Shown piece after piece: positions 32,025-42,645 of a stretch of 64,000 nt of DNA (position 1 is its first letter; each line of letters starts with the position of its first letter). The position numbers and the translations under genes are program-made. A model generated the notes under the pieces. It worked only from the letters and a program-made list of their open reading frames with translations. It had not been told where the DNA came from and did not search any database. The DNA is from an uncultured Planctomycetota bacterium. GTDB lineage: Bacteria > Planctomycetota > Planctomycetia > Pirellulales > Lacipirellulaceae. Where the stretch lies: positions 64,001 through 128,000 of the forward strand of contig CAVRBU010000004.1 of NCBI GenBank assembly GCA_963719315.1, given 5' to 3'.

Positions 32025-32146
32025 GGTGGTGTCCTAAATTGGCATCGTTCGGACCGGAACTTTGTAGCACGGACTTCAGTCCGTACAAGTATCACGGACT
32101 GAAGTCCGTGCTACGAGTTTGTTGTGCCGCAAATTAGGACACCTCG
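32025..32146 (+). mobile_element. MITE family A copy 2
   Basis: GGTGGTGTCCTAAATT...AATTAGGACACCTCG; flanking direct repeat GCGGCTCG (32017-32024, 32147-32154). Confidence 0.9.
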
Positions 32147-32170
32147 GCGGCTCGCACTGCTGGAGTGCTT

Positions 32171-32214
32171 AAAAAAAGGAGCACGGGATGCCTGCCCCAA
32201 GCATCATCCCGTGC
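32171..32214 (-). terminator. Rho-independent terminator for 32300-33856
   Basis: Stem GCACGGGATG / CATCCCGTGC followed by T7 on the minus strand. Confidence 0.75.
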
Positions 32215-32299
32215 CGCGATGTTTCTAGTATTTACGACGTGTAAATCGATCGCCCAAAACTCCAACTCCCGCAGGAATAGAGGGAAATTGAGCGACAAC

Positions 32300-33856
32300 T
32301 TACTTTCGTTTGAACAACCAGAGTGAAGCCACGCCGACGATCAAGAGGAGCGCCGTACCCGGTTCGGGAACCGCGGCCGCTGAACCGACGCCGCTGCCCA
32401 CTACAGGCAAGCCAGTAGTTCCAAAGTTATCCCTCCAGTGAATGTAGTCGGCTTGACTGATAATCAGGCTGCCGTCGCCATCCGCCCGCAGATCGGTCTC
32501 CGAACCAACAGTGGATCGCCAAACGACATAGTCGGCCGCGTCGACCTTGCCGTCATTGTTGTAATCACCTTTGCTCTTGCCGCTGGGGGGAGGAGGCGCA
32601 AGTAGTGAAGTGAGTTTGTAATCATTGTCACCCGGATTATTTGTGACTGAAAAGAAAGTATTGAAGTTGTCGCCGGTGAGGCCACTCTTATTATTAGCCC
32701 GCAGGATGCCCATATCCCAAAGATCCTGGTAGGACCTCTGGGTGTCGCCGTCCGTGCCATACGTGCCGATGTGTTTGCCTAAGTCACCAGGATCCGTTTC
32801 TATCAATCCAGTATCGAGCATGGTCGCCACACGGATGCCGCCGCGGCCAGCGCCTGCGGCGGGAGTATCGAGTGGAGTGGCGCTCTGGCCGTCGACGGTA
32901 ATATCGCCGGGTCCCGTGAAGTTGATGACGAAGGTCTCGTCGGTTGTCGAATCACCATCGTCTTTCCAGTCGTAAATAAAGGCCAAGTCAGCCCGCATTG
33001 GCAAACCGTCGTTATCGAGCTCATACTCATCGCCGCCGGTTAGGTCCATATGTCCATTGTTGATCGTCATGACCACGCGGATCCCCGCTTCATTTTCCTC
33101 GCCTATGTAAAAGCCAGAGACGCCAAACCACAATGCACCTTCGTTCTCGAATCGGGCGCCATTGGTAAGGCTGACAGTCTGAATGCTGTTTTCATACCCG
33201 TGGTACGACGCGAGCATCATTGCACCGCTCGCGAAACCCTGCGTTTCATCTCCCGTGCGACGGAACGTTGTGCCTTCGCCGTCGAGATTTAATTCAGCAC
33301 CGTTCCAGCGGGTCCACATGCCGTCGGCGTCGCCGCCGGCGCCGGTAATTTGTTGCCACACGGATCCATTCGACAAGTTCATCGTGGGCGTGCCCGGAAA
33401 GTTGGCATCGGGCTGAATCCGCCAGTCGCCGAATCGATCGAGACCATCGTCGCCCGACAGGAGTTGCCGATTCGGATTGTAGGTAACAGTGGCGCCCGTG
33501 TTGATGTAGATGTCGGTTCCTAATTGGGTGCCCCCCGCGATCGTGACCGCGGGCGTGGTGGTGCAAGCGCCGGCGTTATCGCACGGGAGCCGATCCAAGT
33601 CGTAGCCACCTGGACCAATAGTCTGGCCCACGCGAATACCATCATTTCGGCCTAGAACGAATTTCGATGGCAGGCCCGAAGCCGCATTCGGATCACTCGA
33701 CCAATGGCCGGTGGCGTATTCAGGAGTGGCGGAAACGTCGCCAGTCCACTCACCATCTCCGCCAATCCAGTAGACGTTGTCATACACGGCCGCCCGGGCA
33801 ACTCCGAAGAGACAAAGAACGGCTCCCAAAGCCACTGCAAACAGATAGCGATTCAT
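32300..33856 (-). CDS. Secreted PEP-CTERM and dockerin-like protein of unknown function
   Basis: Signal peptide; GDYNNDGKVDAADYVVWR; VPEPGTALLLIVGVASLWLFKRK. Confidence 0.88.
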   Translation of the reverse strand: MNRYLFAVALGAVLCLFGVARAAVYDNVYWIGGDGEWTGDVSATPEYATGHWSSDPNAASGLPSKFVLGRNDGIRVGQTIGPGGYDLDRLPCDNAGACTTTPAVTIAGGTQLGTDIYINTGATVTYNPNRQLLSGDDGLDRFGDWRIQPDANFPGTPTMNLSNGSVWQQITGAGGDADGMWTRWNGAELNLDGEGTTFRRTGDETQGFASGAMMLASYHGYENSIQTVSLTNGARFENEGALWFGVSGFYIGEENEAGIRVVMTINNGHMDLTGGDEYELDNDGLPMRADLAFIYDWKDDGDSTTDETFVINFTGPGDITVDGQSATPLDTPAAGAGRGGIRVATMLDTGLIETDPGDLGKHIGTYGTDGDTQRSYQDLWDMGILRANNKSGLTGDNFNTFFSVTNNPGDNDYKLTSLLAPPPPSGKSKGDYNNDGKVDAADYVVWRSTVGSETDLRADGDGSLIISQADYIHWRDNFGTTGLPVVGSGVGSAAAVPEPGTALLLIVGVASLWLFKRK

Positions 33857-34487
33857 CGTGCAATCCTCACCCGTATTGAAAAGTCAGAGACACAGTTGAC
33901 GACACAGTGGCGAGCATCCTGGCACTGCGAATGATAAGTTTTGCCGCATTACGCGCCGTAACTAAATGTAAAGAGGGAGTTTCAAATAATCAAGCGAAAC
34001 TTTCGATCTCTTCCAAAAAAACCGAAAATTTCCAATCCCCCGCTCCAGACTGAGTCTGTGGATGCGGAAACTGTGGAAGGCTGGGACGAGCAAGCCGATT
34101 CGAATTTGAGCCTTTGATCCCCCCAACCAACTTTCCTGACCACGGCCCTGGGCCAGTGCCACCTGCCGCGATCGCCGGGGACCGCAACCAGCAGCGGTAG
34201 CCCGCCTCGACTGCTGCCGTTGAACGCACTCTTCGCCCCCTATCTGGCGGTTTTGGAAAAACTCAGTAGCGGCGATGTTATGCTTCCTGATTGACAATCG
34301 CGCCTGATTTCAGTTACATACAAGGGTTGGGAATCGGTTTCTCCGATGCGCCTTGAGCCGGCCAAACCTGCGTGATTGCACGGTTGGAGCGGCTGATTCG
34401 GATTGCGTTTGCTCATTCGAGCTCTCTTCCACAAACATCACAAACATCGTCGTAGCTCGTCCAATTTTCGGAGAGGAGACAAGTTTG

Positions 34488-35615
34488 ATGAGAGTGCACA
34501 CACGTACTCGGCGTAATGCTCCGCCAGGAGCTTTTACACTCGTCGAGTTGTTGGTCGTGATAGCCATTATTGGGATATTGGTGGCGCTCTTGCTGCCCGC
34601 GGTCCAGGCGGCGCACGAAGCGGCCCGCCGGACCCAGTGCATCAATCACTTGAAACAGTTGTCGCTCGGTTGCATGAACTGCGAGAGCACGAACAAACAT
34701 TTCCCCACGGGCGGCTGGGGAACGGATTGGTCGGGCGACGCGGACCGGGGAGTGGGCGAAGAACAGCCGGGAAGCTGGCTGTACGCCATCCTGCCTTTCA
34801 TCGAGGAACAGGCAATCCATGATATGCCCAAGGACGGACAGGCCAGCATGGCGCCCAGCGGTCCCTCGGTTCAGCAGATGGACGGCGCTCAGAAGATGAT
34901 TTTCCTTCCCGGTCCCGCCGCGTTTTATTGCCCGTCGCGGCGACCGCCGGACGTGTACCTGGTCGAGTCACATCATGTGACTTTCGCGAAGAACGTGAGC
35001 CCGATTCCGGTGTCCTCTTCTCAGTCCTTTTTCGTCGGTTCCAACGACTACGCGGGCAACGCGGGAGACGACCTTTCCGGCAGCTTAGGAGATGACGGGG
35101 GGCCACCAGTTTGGCAGGCCGGGGAGAACAAAGGCACTGCCGGATATGATTTATGGAGACTCTATACCGACTCATTAGGCCTGCAAACGCTTGCTAACGG
35201 CGCCAAGAAGTGGCGCTTTAACGGCGTCATATTTCAAGCGAGCGAAGTCGCAATAAGAAACATTCCGGACGGTACGTCCAAAACGTATTTGTGCGGCGAG
35301 CGCTATGTGCGAGCCAATAATTACAAACGCGACCAACAATATGACGCTACTTCTTCATCCGTGGACGGTAGTGACAGTTGGACCTGGTCCACGGGCGGGT
35401 GCCGAGACACTTTGCGATCTGGGAAGGACCTGCCACTCCAGGATAATATTATCGTGAGGGGCGGGGGCTATTTCGGTTCCGCCCACCCCGGAGTTTTTCA
35501 TGTAGCGTTTTGCGACGGCCACGTCGAGGGAGTGAGCTACAACGTCGATTTACTGGTGCATAGAAACAATGCCAATCGCCGGGATAGCGGCGCACGGATC
35601 CAGGCGAGGATCTAA
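34488..35615 (+). CDS. DUF1559 prepilin-type N-terminal cleavage/methylation protein
   Basis: [36 protein letters not shown]9-DG ([14 protein letters not shown]). Confidence 0.93.
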   Translation: MRVHTRTRRNAPPGAFTLVELLVVIAIIGILVALLLPAVQAAHEAARRTQCINHLKQLSLGCMNCESTNKHFPTGGWGTDWSGDADRGVGEEQPGSWLYAILPFIEEQAIHDMPKDGQASMAPSGPSVQQMDGAQKMIFLPGPAAFYCPSRRPPDVYLVESHHVTFAKNVSPIPVSSSQSFFVGSNDYAGNAGDDLSGSLGDDGGPPVWQAGENKGTAGYDLWRLYTDSLGLQTLANGAKKWRFNGVIFQASEVAIRNIPDGTSKTYLCGERYVRANNYKRDQQYDATSSSVDGSDSWTWSTGGCRDTLRSGKDLPLQDNIIVRGGGYFGSAHPGVFHVAFCDGHVEGVSYNVDLLVHRNNANRRDSGARIQARI

Positions 35616-35686
35616 AACCTTGAAATCGTCCGTGTTGGCCGCCGTGGCTTAACCAGTTCCGCTAAGAATATTCAGTTGCGTAATCT

Positions 35687-36315
35687 ATGACTAACTGCTT
35701 CTTGTTTCGGCAGGGGGGTATCGGCGTGGTGGGCGTCATCGCGTTGGCGGTCTCCGTTGGCTGCAGCGACGACAGGTCTTTCAGGGTTGATCCGGTGGCC
35801 GCTAGTAAGGCCGCGATGGAGCAGTACGATAAGAATGGCGATGGGCTGTTGGACAAGACCGAGTTGAAAGGCTGCCCCGCGCTTTGCGCGAGATCCGCGC
35901 GTATGACGAATCCAAGGATAGCAAGCTCAGTGCGGATGAAATTGGGGCGGTGATCAAGGACATGTTCGGTCAGAACGCCGGAATGACCCCACTCAGTTGC
36001 ACGGTCAATCTCGATGGAAGCCCGCTTTCCGGCGCGACCGTCAAGTTTATCCCGGAATCGTTTCTGGGCCCTGAAATCAAGGAAGCCACTGGCGTCACAA
36101 ACGGGGCCGGCATGGCCGATTTGGGGATTTCGCCTGACGAATTGCCCAAAGAACTTCGCAGACACAGCTTGATGCGGGTAGGAATCTACCGGGTTGAGAT
36201 CACGCACCCGACTAAAATGATTCCGGCGAAGTACAACACAGAGACCGAGCTCGGCTTCGAGTTTCACCAGACGAACCACGTCCAGCCGCCGACGTTCAAC
36301 CTCGTCAGCAAATAA
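35687..36315 (+). CDS. Lipoprotein with EF-hand and carboxypeptidase-regulatory-like domain (frameshift near 35885)
   Basis: SVGC lipobox; DKNGDGLLDKTEL; LDGSPLSGATVKFIP; G.YRVEI; IPAKYN. Typical DUF1559 partner. Confidence 0.8.
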
Positions 36316-36460
36316 AAGCGGCGCGGCTTAACACGGGTTCCGTGGATCAAGCACCATCCGACTCTCGCCATTCGATTTTTTTCTAGATTCTCTTGCTCAT
36401 TGAAAACCGTTGTTTTTGACACACGGAGCTTTTGCGATACGAAGATAGTCGTGCGAAATC

Positions 36461-36496
36461 TTGACCTGCTAAAGCGATTTACTTAGATTGCGCTTT
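36461..36496 (+). promoter_or_regulatory. Sigma70-like promoter of His-rich RGPP ORF 1
   Basis: TTGACC, 17 bp, TAGATT then GCGCTT; the same layout recurs at 46668. Confidence 0.7.
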
Positions 36497-36532
36497 AGTT
36501 AACGTCTCTTCGTACTTGCAAATCGTAAATCT

Positions 36533-37015
36533 ATGCGATCAACGCGATTGCATCGTCTGACCGCGGTGTATCTCGCCGTTCTGTACGGCGCGATTGGACT
36601 TACGGGCGAATCGCTCCATTACCTAGGGGCGTATGTAACTGAACTTTGTTCCAACCCGCCGCCTGACGACGAAATCGTGGTGTATTACCACGTTCATGCT
36701 CCGGATTTTCACGGACACTTTCACCATGCCATCGTTCATCATCACCATTCGCACGGCGCGACGGCACTCGCTCAAGCGACTGGTCAATCCAAAGCTGGTA
36801 CGTCAATAACGCCCGAGACTCTGACGCACAAACCACACGCTTGTCCCATTCTCAGCCTTGTATCAACTCTAAAGCTACACCACTCAGTTGGCTGCATGCC
36901 ATCGATCTTTGGTGCCCCAGTTGTCGCATCGATACATGAAACGCGCACGTTATTGTCTCGCGAAGTAGTGCTCGACTCACTCGCGCGTGGACCGCCCGGC
37001 GATACCTTCGCGTAA
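36533..37015 (+). CDS. His-rich RGPP-ending protein, copy 1 (candidate arrest leader peptide)
   Basis: 160 aa; hydrophobic N-terminus; YYHVHAPDFHGHFHH; HKPHACP; ARGPP; clear paralog at 46741. Confidence 0.85.
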   Translation: MRSTRLHRLTAVYLAVLYGAIGLTGESLHYLGAYVTELCSNPPPDDEIVVYYHVHAPDFHGHFHHAIVHHHHSHGATALAQATGQSKAGTSITPETLTHKPHACPILSLVSTLKLHHSVGCMPSIFGAPVVASIHETRTLLSREVVLDSLARGPPGDTFA

Positions 37016-37137
37016 TCTCGTTCGTCGTGATGCCAGATCGCATTTTGCGAGAACCGGGTTCATTTGGTTCTTGGTGCGACTTTTAATGCCTTTGCATTCT
37101 GACTTATCGTCCTCCTTTTGACGGCGAAGGTGGCGTT

Positions 37138-37350
37138 ATTTGGCGCAACCGGCGGGCCTTTACGCTTGTTGAATTGTTGGTGGTGATCGCCATCATCGGC
37201 GCGCTTGTGGCCTAGCAGCTTCCCGCAGTTCAGGCGGCAAATGCGGCCGCGCGACGCACGCAGTGCGTTCATAACGTGCGGCAGGCCGGGTTAGGTATTC
37301 ACCACAGTACGCGGATAGCTATAAGGGGCATTTTCCCCTTATGGCGGCGT
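37138..37350 (+). pseudogene. Decayed DUF1559 5' end
   Basis: ATT in place of [32 protein letters not shown]...RRTQC with TAG at 37213-37215. Right end approximate. Confidence 0.8.
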
Positions 37351-37429
37351 ATCACAATTCCCTTAGGAATTCGCGCCGGAAGATATTGGAACTTCACTTC
37401 CCTAAAAAGGTCATCAAATGCGCCGTAGT

Positions 37430-37642
37430 TCACTTGATTTTAGATTGCTTTTGCGCGGAATTCGTACGGCGCGCTTTCCAGCGGCTCTGCCCTTTCTGAG
37501 TAACTGGTCCCGGCTTCGCGGGTTGGGCGGCAACTGCTGGCGGAGCCAAGTTTTTCTGCTCAGTTTTCGACCCGCAACCAATCGGGATTATGATGCAGGT
37601 AACCCCAACACAACACACAAGCATTTTAAGGATTTGTCGCAT
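37430..37642 (-). CDS. Possible small lipoprotein
   Basis: [26 protein letters not shown], a lipobox-like IGCG; start overlaps the DUF1559 start on the other strand. Confidence 0.35.
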   Translation of the reverse strand: MRQILKMLVCCVGVTCIIIPIGCGSKTEQKNLAPPAVAAQPAKPGPVTQKGQSRWKARRTNSAQKQSKIK

Positions 37643-38408
37643 GAAACGAGCCTTCACGTTGGTTGAGCTTCTAGTTGTCATTGCGATTATCGGTGTGCTG
37701 GTCGCACTTTTGCTGCCCGCCGTTCAGGCGGCGCGCGAGTCCGCAAGGGCCGCCCAGTGTCGCTCTAATTTACACCAAATTGGAATCGCTGTCTTGCAGT
37801 ACTACGAAGCTACGAAGGGAAAATTCTTTCTGCACCATCCATTTCAGGCGGACGTAGCTTCCCAATTCGCGGGTGCAGACTCATTCGCCGAAGTCTATTG
37901 GGAAGACAAGATAGCACCGTATATTGAATCGATCAGTACTGAGGCACAGGCCAAGCAAGGGATTGTAGACGACAAAGTTTATCGTTGCCCAGATGATCTA
38001 TCGGAGATCCGGCCATTTATCGACAACGGTCAAACAAACGGTCTGGCCAATCGAACCAGCTACTTGATGAATTCACTAACGAGCCACATGACCCGCCGCT
38101 ACGGCCGGTGGACGCTGCATAAGTTTGACACGAATGTTGGAACATCCAAGTGGATTTCGTTTGTCGAGCGCAATGCGGAAGTGTTTGATGACAAAATCGA
38201 TGACGCAAACGACCCACGCCAAGATGACTTCGATATTTGGCTAGGAACGAAAATCTTCGCGCCGTGGATCGCATCCGAACGCCATAGTGGTTCTGCCAAC
38301 TATCTCTACTTGGACGGCCACGTAACGTCAGCCACCTTTGATGAGGCCGTCATAGATATGTTTCCGGACCGGGTGGTGCTGGTCGATGATGGGACATACG
38401 ACCAGTAA
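37641..38408 (+). CDS. DUF1559 prepilin-type protein (short form)
   Basis: [33 protein letters not shown]. Confidence 0.92.
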   Translation: MKRAFTLVELLVVIAIIGVLVALLLPAVQAARESARAAQCRSNLHQIGIAVLQYYEATKGKFFLHHPFQADVASQFAGADSFAEVYWEDKIAPYIESISTEAQAKQGIVDDKVYRCPDDLSEIRPFIDNGQTNGLANRTSYLMNSLTSHMTRRYGRWTLHKFDTNVGTSKWISFVERNAEVFDDKIDDANDPRQDDFDIWLGTKIFAPWIASERHSGSANYLYLDGHVTSATFDEAVIDMFPDRVVLVDDGTYDQ

Positions 38409-38554
38409 CACGATGAACGGCAGAGAGACGGTTATCGAGTACTGAACTTCAGAATCCTACGACGCAGCGTTCATAGGATTCTAATGGCATTTCTACCGGA
38501 AATCGTATAGTGCGTTAAACGGGAATTATCCCTAGCGGGGTCGCAATACTCAAG

Positions 38555-38589
38555 AAGTAGGAACGGCGTTCGGGCTGTTCCTACTTTTT
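38555..38589 (+). terminator. Hairpin plus T-run
   Basis: AAGTAGGAACGGC-GTTCGG-GCTGTTCCTACTT then TTT. Confidence 0.6.
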
Positions 38590-39133
38590 CACTGCGCCAA
38601 GATGGTCGAATTCCACGGCATTCGTTTCGGGATTCTGCCGGGGCTTGAATAATTCGACAGGATACTCACGTTCGAGAAGTAGCTTGATAGTGTAGAAATT
38701 CTGCCAAGGTTTTATGATATTGGTCGCCAATACGCGCTCGCACGATCGTTCGCCGGGGAACTGAAATTCATCGGTTACAATTCAGCACTAGTGGTCTGTC
38801 TCGATTTAGTTGACGGGTGCTAGTACGGGATAAAGTCGTTTAATCTTGATCCTGGCATCGGCGGCGGTGAATTGCCAGTCGACGCGGACTGGTTGTTGGT
38901 TGCGGGGGGGGTTGTTCCCATGCGTGAACTTCGCTCTCCAGGCGGGCTCGGGAATCGATCCGTTGGTCCAGGCACTGCCTTCCCAGCACGGACAATTCAC
39001 ATTTGGAGATCGGCATTGAAACGGGACCCACCTGGGGTGCGGAATCGGCATTGAAAAGGGACCCACCGCAGCGGACTTCGTAAGCTGGATTCCCGGTTTT
39101 TAAACTGGGGAATTCAGCGAAGCGGAGTCAAGG

Positions 39134-40840
39134 ATGCTGAAGGTGGAGGATTACGGCAGGATACGTCGTGCTCATCGCGATGGCATGAGCATTCGGGAGA
39201 TCGCCCGGACGTTTGGGCATTCGCGACGAAAGATCCGCGAGGCACTGGCGCAGGCAGAGCCGCGGCCTTACACGCTGTCGCTACCGCGACCGCGGCGGGT
39301 GCTGACCGATGTGCACCAGCAATGGATCGGCGCGATTCTCGTCGAAGATGAGCAGGCGCCTCGCAAGCAACGTCACACAGGAGCGCAACTCTTTCGGCGG
39401 CTGCGGGACGAAGAGCAGTACGTCGGCAGCTACGACCAGGTGCGAAGGTACGTGGCCGCGACGCGGGGGCGGCAGCGCGAAACGTTTCTCCCTTTGTCGT
39501 ACGAGCCAGGCCAACGGGCCGAGAGCGACTTCGGTCAGATCTGGGTCGACTTCCCGGAAGGCAGGCGCCAGGTTCCGATCCTGCTGGTGACGTGGGCCTA
39601 CTCGAACGCCACCTTTATGATTGCGCTGCCGAGCGAAAAGACCGAGGCGATCCTGCATGGCACGGTGGCGGCGTTTGCGTTTTTTCGTTGCGTGCCCAAA
39701 GAACTGTGGTGGGATAATCCAAGAACCGTTGCGACCACGATTCTGCGTGGCCGCCAACGGGAGTTGAACCAGCGCCTGGCAGGCGCTGGCCAGTCACTAC
39801 AACTTCGAGCCGTTGTTCTGCCTGCCGGCTCGCGGTAACGAAAAGCCGCACGTCGAGAACCGGGTGAAGCTGTTGGAGCGCCAGTGGGCGACGCCGGTCC
39901 CTCAAGTGAAGGATCTGACAGAGCTAAATGCCTACCTGCTTCAATGCTGCGAGCGGGATGCTCGGCGGACGATTGCGGGCCACAGCGAAACGATCGGCGC
40001 CGCTTCGCGACAGAGCAGATTAGCGCCTTGCCGCTGCCCGAGCGCCCGTTTGAAGCCGCCGTGAGCGAGGTCCGTCAAGTCGACAAGTACCAGACGGTCG
40101 CCTGGGAGAAGAATCGCTACAGCGTGCCGCGGCGGCATGCGTTCGCCACGGTCACGGTAAAAGCCACTATCGATCGCATCGAAGTCATCCGCGACGGCCA
40201 GCGGATTGCCCGGCACGAGCGCTCCTACGGACAGGGCGAGCAAGTGCTCGATCCGCTGCACTACCTGTCCACTCTGGGAGTGAAGCCAGCCTATTTGGAT
40301 CACACTGACGTCTACCGCAATTGGCGTCTGCCGGCGGCGTTTACCCAGTTGCGCGAACATTTTGAAACACGCCACGGATCGTTGCCGGGCGCTCGGCAAT
40401 TCATCCGCGTGCTGCAGCTGTTGGCAGAGCACCCGCTGACTCGGGTTGAGCAGGCCATCCAGGCCTGCCGCGGCGACGGCGTCGTCACGGCCGAGCGGAT
40501 TGCTGGGCTCTGCGAGCGACTGGCGCTGCGCTCCACCCGCGGCGAAGCGAACCTAATCGGGCAGCTGCGATCGATTCCTGCGGTGCAAGTCCCGCTGCCG
40601 GACTTGCGCCGCTTTGACTCGTTACTCTCTCACGGAGGAGAAGATCATGGCCCAGAAAGAAACGCCCCTGTTACTGCGTTCGAACCTCAAGGCGCTACGC
40701 CTGCCGACGATGCTGGCCGAGTATGGCAAGCTCGCCGGGGAAGCGACCAACAGCAACCAGGACTACCTCGACTATCTGTTGCGCCTGACGGAGTTGGAGT
40801 TAGCCACACGCAGTGCCAATGCTCTGCAGGCGCGCATTAA
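39134..40840 (+). CDS. istA: IS21 transposase IstA (two frameshifts, near 39775 and 40000)
   Basis: HTH (GMSIREIARTFG), AESDFG, WWDN, EKPHVEN, NRYSVP. Confidence 0.88.
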
Positions 40841-41417
40841 ACAGGCTGGCTTCCCGGTGCAGAAGGACCTCGATGCATTCGACTTTAGCGCGGCGCCCGG
40901 CCTCTCGAAGCCCAAGATCCTGGAACTGGCCCGCTGCGGCTGGATTGATCAGCGTCAGAACTGCTGCCTGTTGGGTAGTTCGGGAACTGGAAAAACGCAT
41001 CTGGCCATCGCCTTGGGCCTGGCCGCCTGCCGACTGGGCAAGCGAGTCCGCTTCTTTACCGCTGCCACACTGGTCAATCGCTTGGAAGAGACGCAGAAGC
41101 AGTACCAGCTCGAGCGATTGTTGAAGCAGCTCGACAAGCTCGATCTGCTTGTCTGCGACGAGCTCGGTTATCTCTCGTTCAATCGCAGCGGAGCGGAACT
41201 GCTGTTCCAGGTATTCGCCGATCGCTACGAGCGATCCAGCCTGTTGATCACCAGCAACTTGCCGTTCAGCGAATGGCAGCAGGTGTTTCAGGGAGAACGG
41301 ATGACAGCTGCTCTCTTGGACCGGCTGACGCACCACTGCGAAATCTTTGAGATGAACGGTGAAAGCTACCGCTTCCGGGAGTCGATGAAACAAAAGCGAA
41401 CCACCAAGGGCAAGTAG
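40647..41417 (+). CDS. istB: IS21 helper ATPase IstB
   Basis: GSSGTGKTHLA, LLVCDELGY, ITSNLPF, ALLDRLTHH, GESYR. Confidence 0.95.
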   Translation: MAQKETPLLLRSNLKALRLPTMLAEYGKLAGEATNSNQDYLDYLLRLTELELATRSANALQARIKQAGFPVQKDLDAFDFSAAPGLSKPKILELARCGWIDQRQNCCLLGSSGTGKTHLAIALGLAACRLGKRVRFFTAATLVNRLEETQKQYQLERLLKQLDKLDLLVCDELGYLSFNRSGAELLFQVFADRYERSSLLITSNLPFSEWQQVFQGERMTAALLDRLTHHCEIFEMNGESYRFRESMKQKRTTKGK

Positions 41418-42645
41418 CTTTCGGGCGACCCGTCGGCAAAACGTTCGCAAATCGCGCAACAAAATGGAGAGTTTACTCTAACCCATTAAGTGAACTAACG
41501 GAGGCGGCCGCGCGAGACCTTCGAAGGGTCTCGCGGGCCGCTCCCCAACTAACCAGGTGGGCCCAGATTCAACGCCCAGGTGGGTCCCATTTCAATGCCG
41601 ATCTCCACACATTCCGCCATGTTCAGCCAACTGGCGTGCTTGGGGGTGTGATGCACTTCAAACCGCTCCCACAACCGTCGCGCCTCGTCAGGCGGGAAGA
41701 TCGCGTACAGCACGGACAGCTTGTGCGTATTCAGGTTGTCCATGACCAGCACGATCTTCTCCGCCGTCGGGTACTGCTCGTCGGCGATGTTGCGCAGCAG
41801 GTCGGCGAAATCCGCCTTCGCGCGACGTTCGGTGACCTTCACCCGGCGGCGGCCCGCCAAAGGTTCGCAGACCATGAACAGATTCGCTGTTCCCCGCCGT
41901 TCGTATTCGTAATCCTGTCGCGCCGGCTGCCCCGGCTCCATCGGCAGCGGCGGCGTGACGTCGGCCACCAATTGCTTGGTGGCTTCGTCGACGCACACGA
42001 CTGGCCGTTGCTCGTCGTAGGGACGCTGATAGACCTCCAGAACGTCTTCCATCGCGGCAACATAGTCCGCGTCATGCGGCTTAGGCAGAACCCACTGCTC
42101 TTTCAACCAGGGCTTAAGCTCGTTTTTTTCAGTGCGCTGCGCACGGCGTCCTTGCTGATCGACTCGACGATCTCCAGTTCGACCAACTTGTCGGCCAGCA
42201 GTCGCAAGGTCCAGCGGGCGCGTCCTTCCGGAGCCGGTCCGCAGGCCACGGCGATCAAGCGGGCCTCCTGTTGGCCGTCCAACTTTCGAGGGCGATGCCG
42301 GCTCTTAGGCTTCCATTCCAAGGCAACGTTCAGGCCCTGCTCGACGTACGCCTGTCGCACGTCATGCACCAATCCCACGCTGACGTCCAACGCTTCGCAA
42401 ATCTCCTGGTCGGTCCGACCCGACCCCGTGACGCCGGCGTCCGCCTTGAGCAGCACCTGGGCTCGGCGACGCTTGCCCGCCGCCACCTTGCCTCGTCCCA
42501 CCACCGCCGCCAATTCCTCTCGCTCTTCCCCAGTCAACCGCACCACATACTTCGTGTTGTAGTTCATTTTCTCGCCTCCTGTGAAAAACCTGAAGACGTT
42601 ATGCTATCCCCTAACTACTGAACAACGACAGACCACTAGATATTC

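Larger units (their letters stand above)
39004..41607 (+). mobile_element. IS21-family element, 2604 bp
   Basis: TGGAGATCGGCATTGAAA... / ...TTTCAATGCCGATCTCCA with repeated subterminal GGGACCCACC motifs; 6-bp duplication CACATT (38998-39003, 41608-41613). Confidence 0.95.
38791..42636 (-). mobile_element. IS630-family element interrupted by IS21
   Basis: IR GTGGTCTGTC / GACAGACCAC with TA duplication. orfA 42103-42567, A7 -1 shift at 42123-42129; DDE part 41608-42106 continues at 38806-39003 (WLNMAEC|ELSVLGRQCL). Confidence 0.92.

Noticed and set aside
30817..32146. Composite transposon of two MITEs carrying the His-rich lipoprotein
   Set aside because: Each MITE has its own distinct target duplication and the outer flanks do not match, so they inserted independently.
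34291..34345. TTGACA promoter and LacI-type operator (GGGAATCGGTTTCT) before the DUF1559 at 34488
   Set aside because: The -10 box is weak, the palindrome is imperfect and single, and no LacI gene is in the window.
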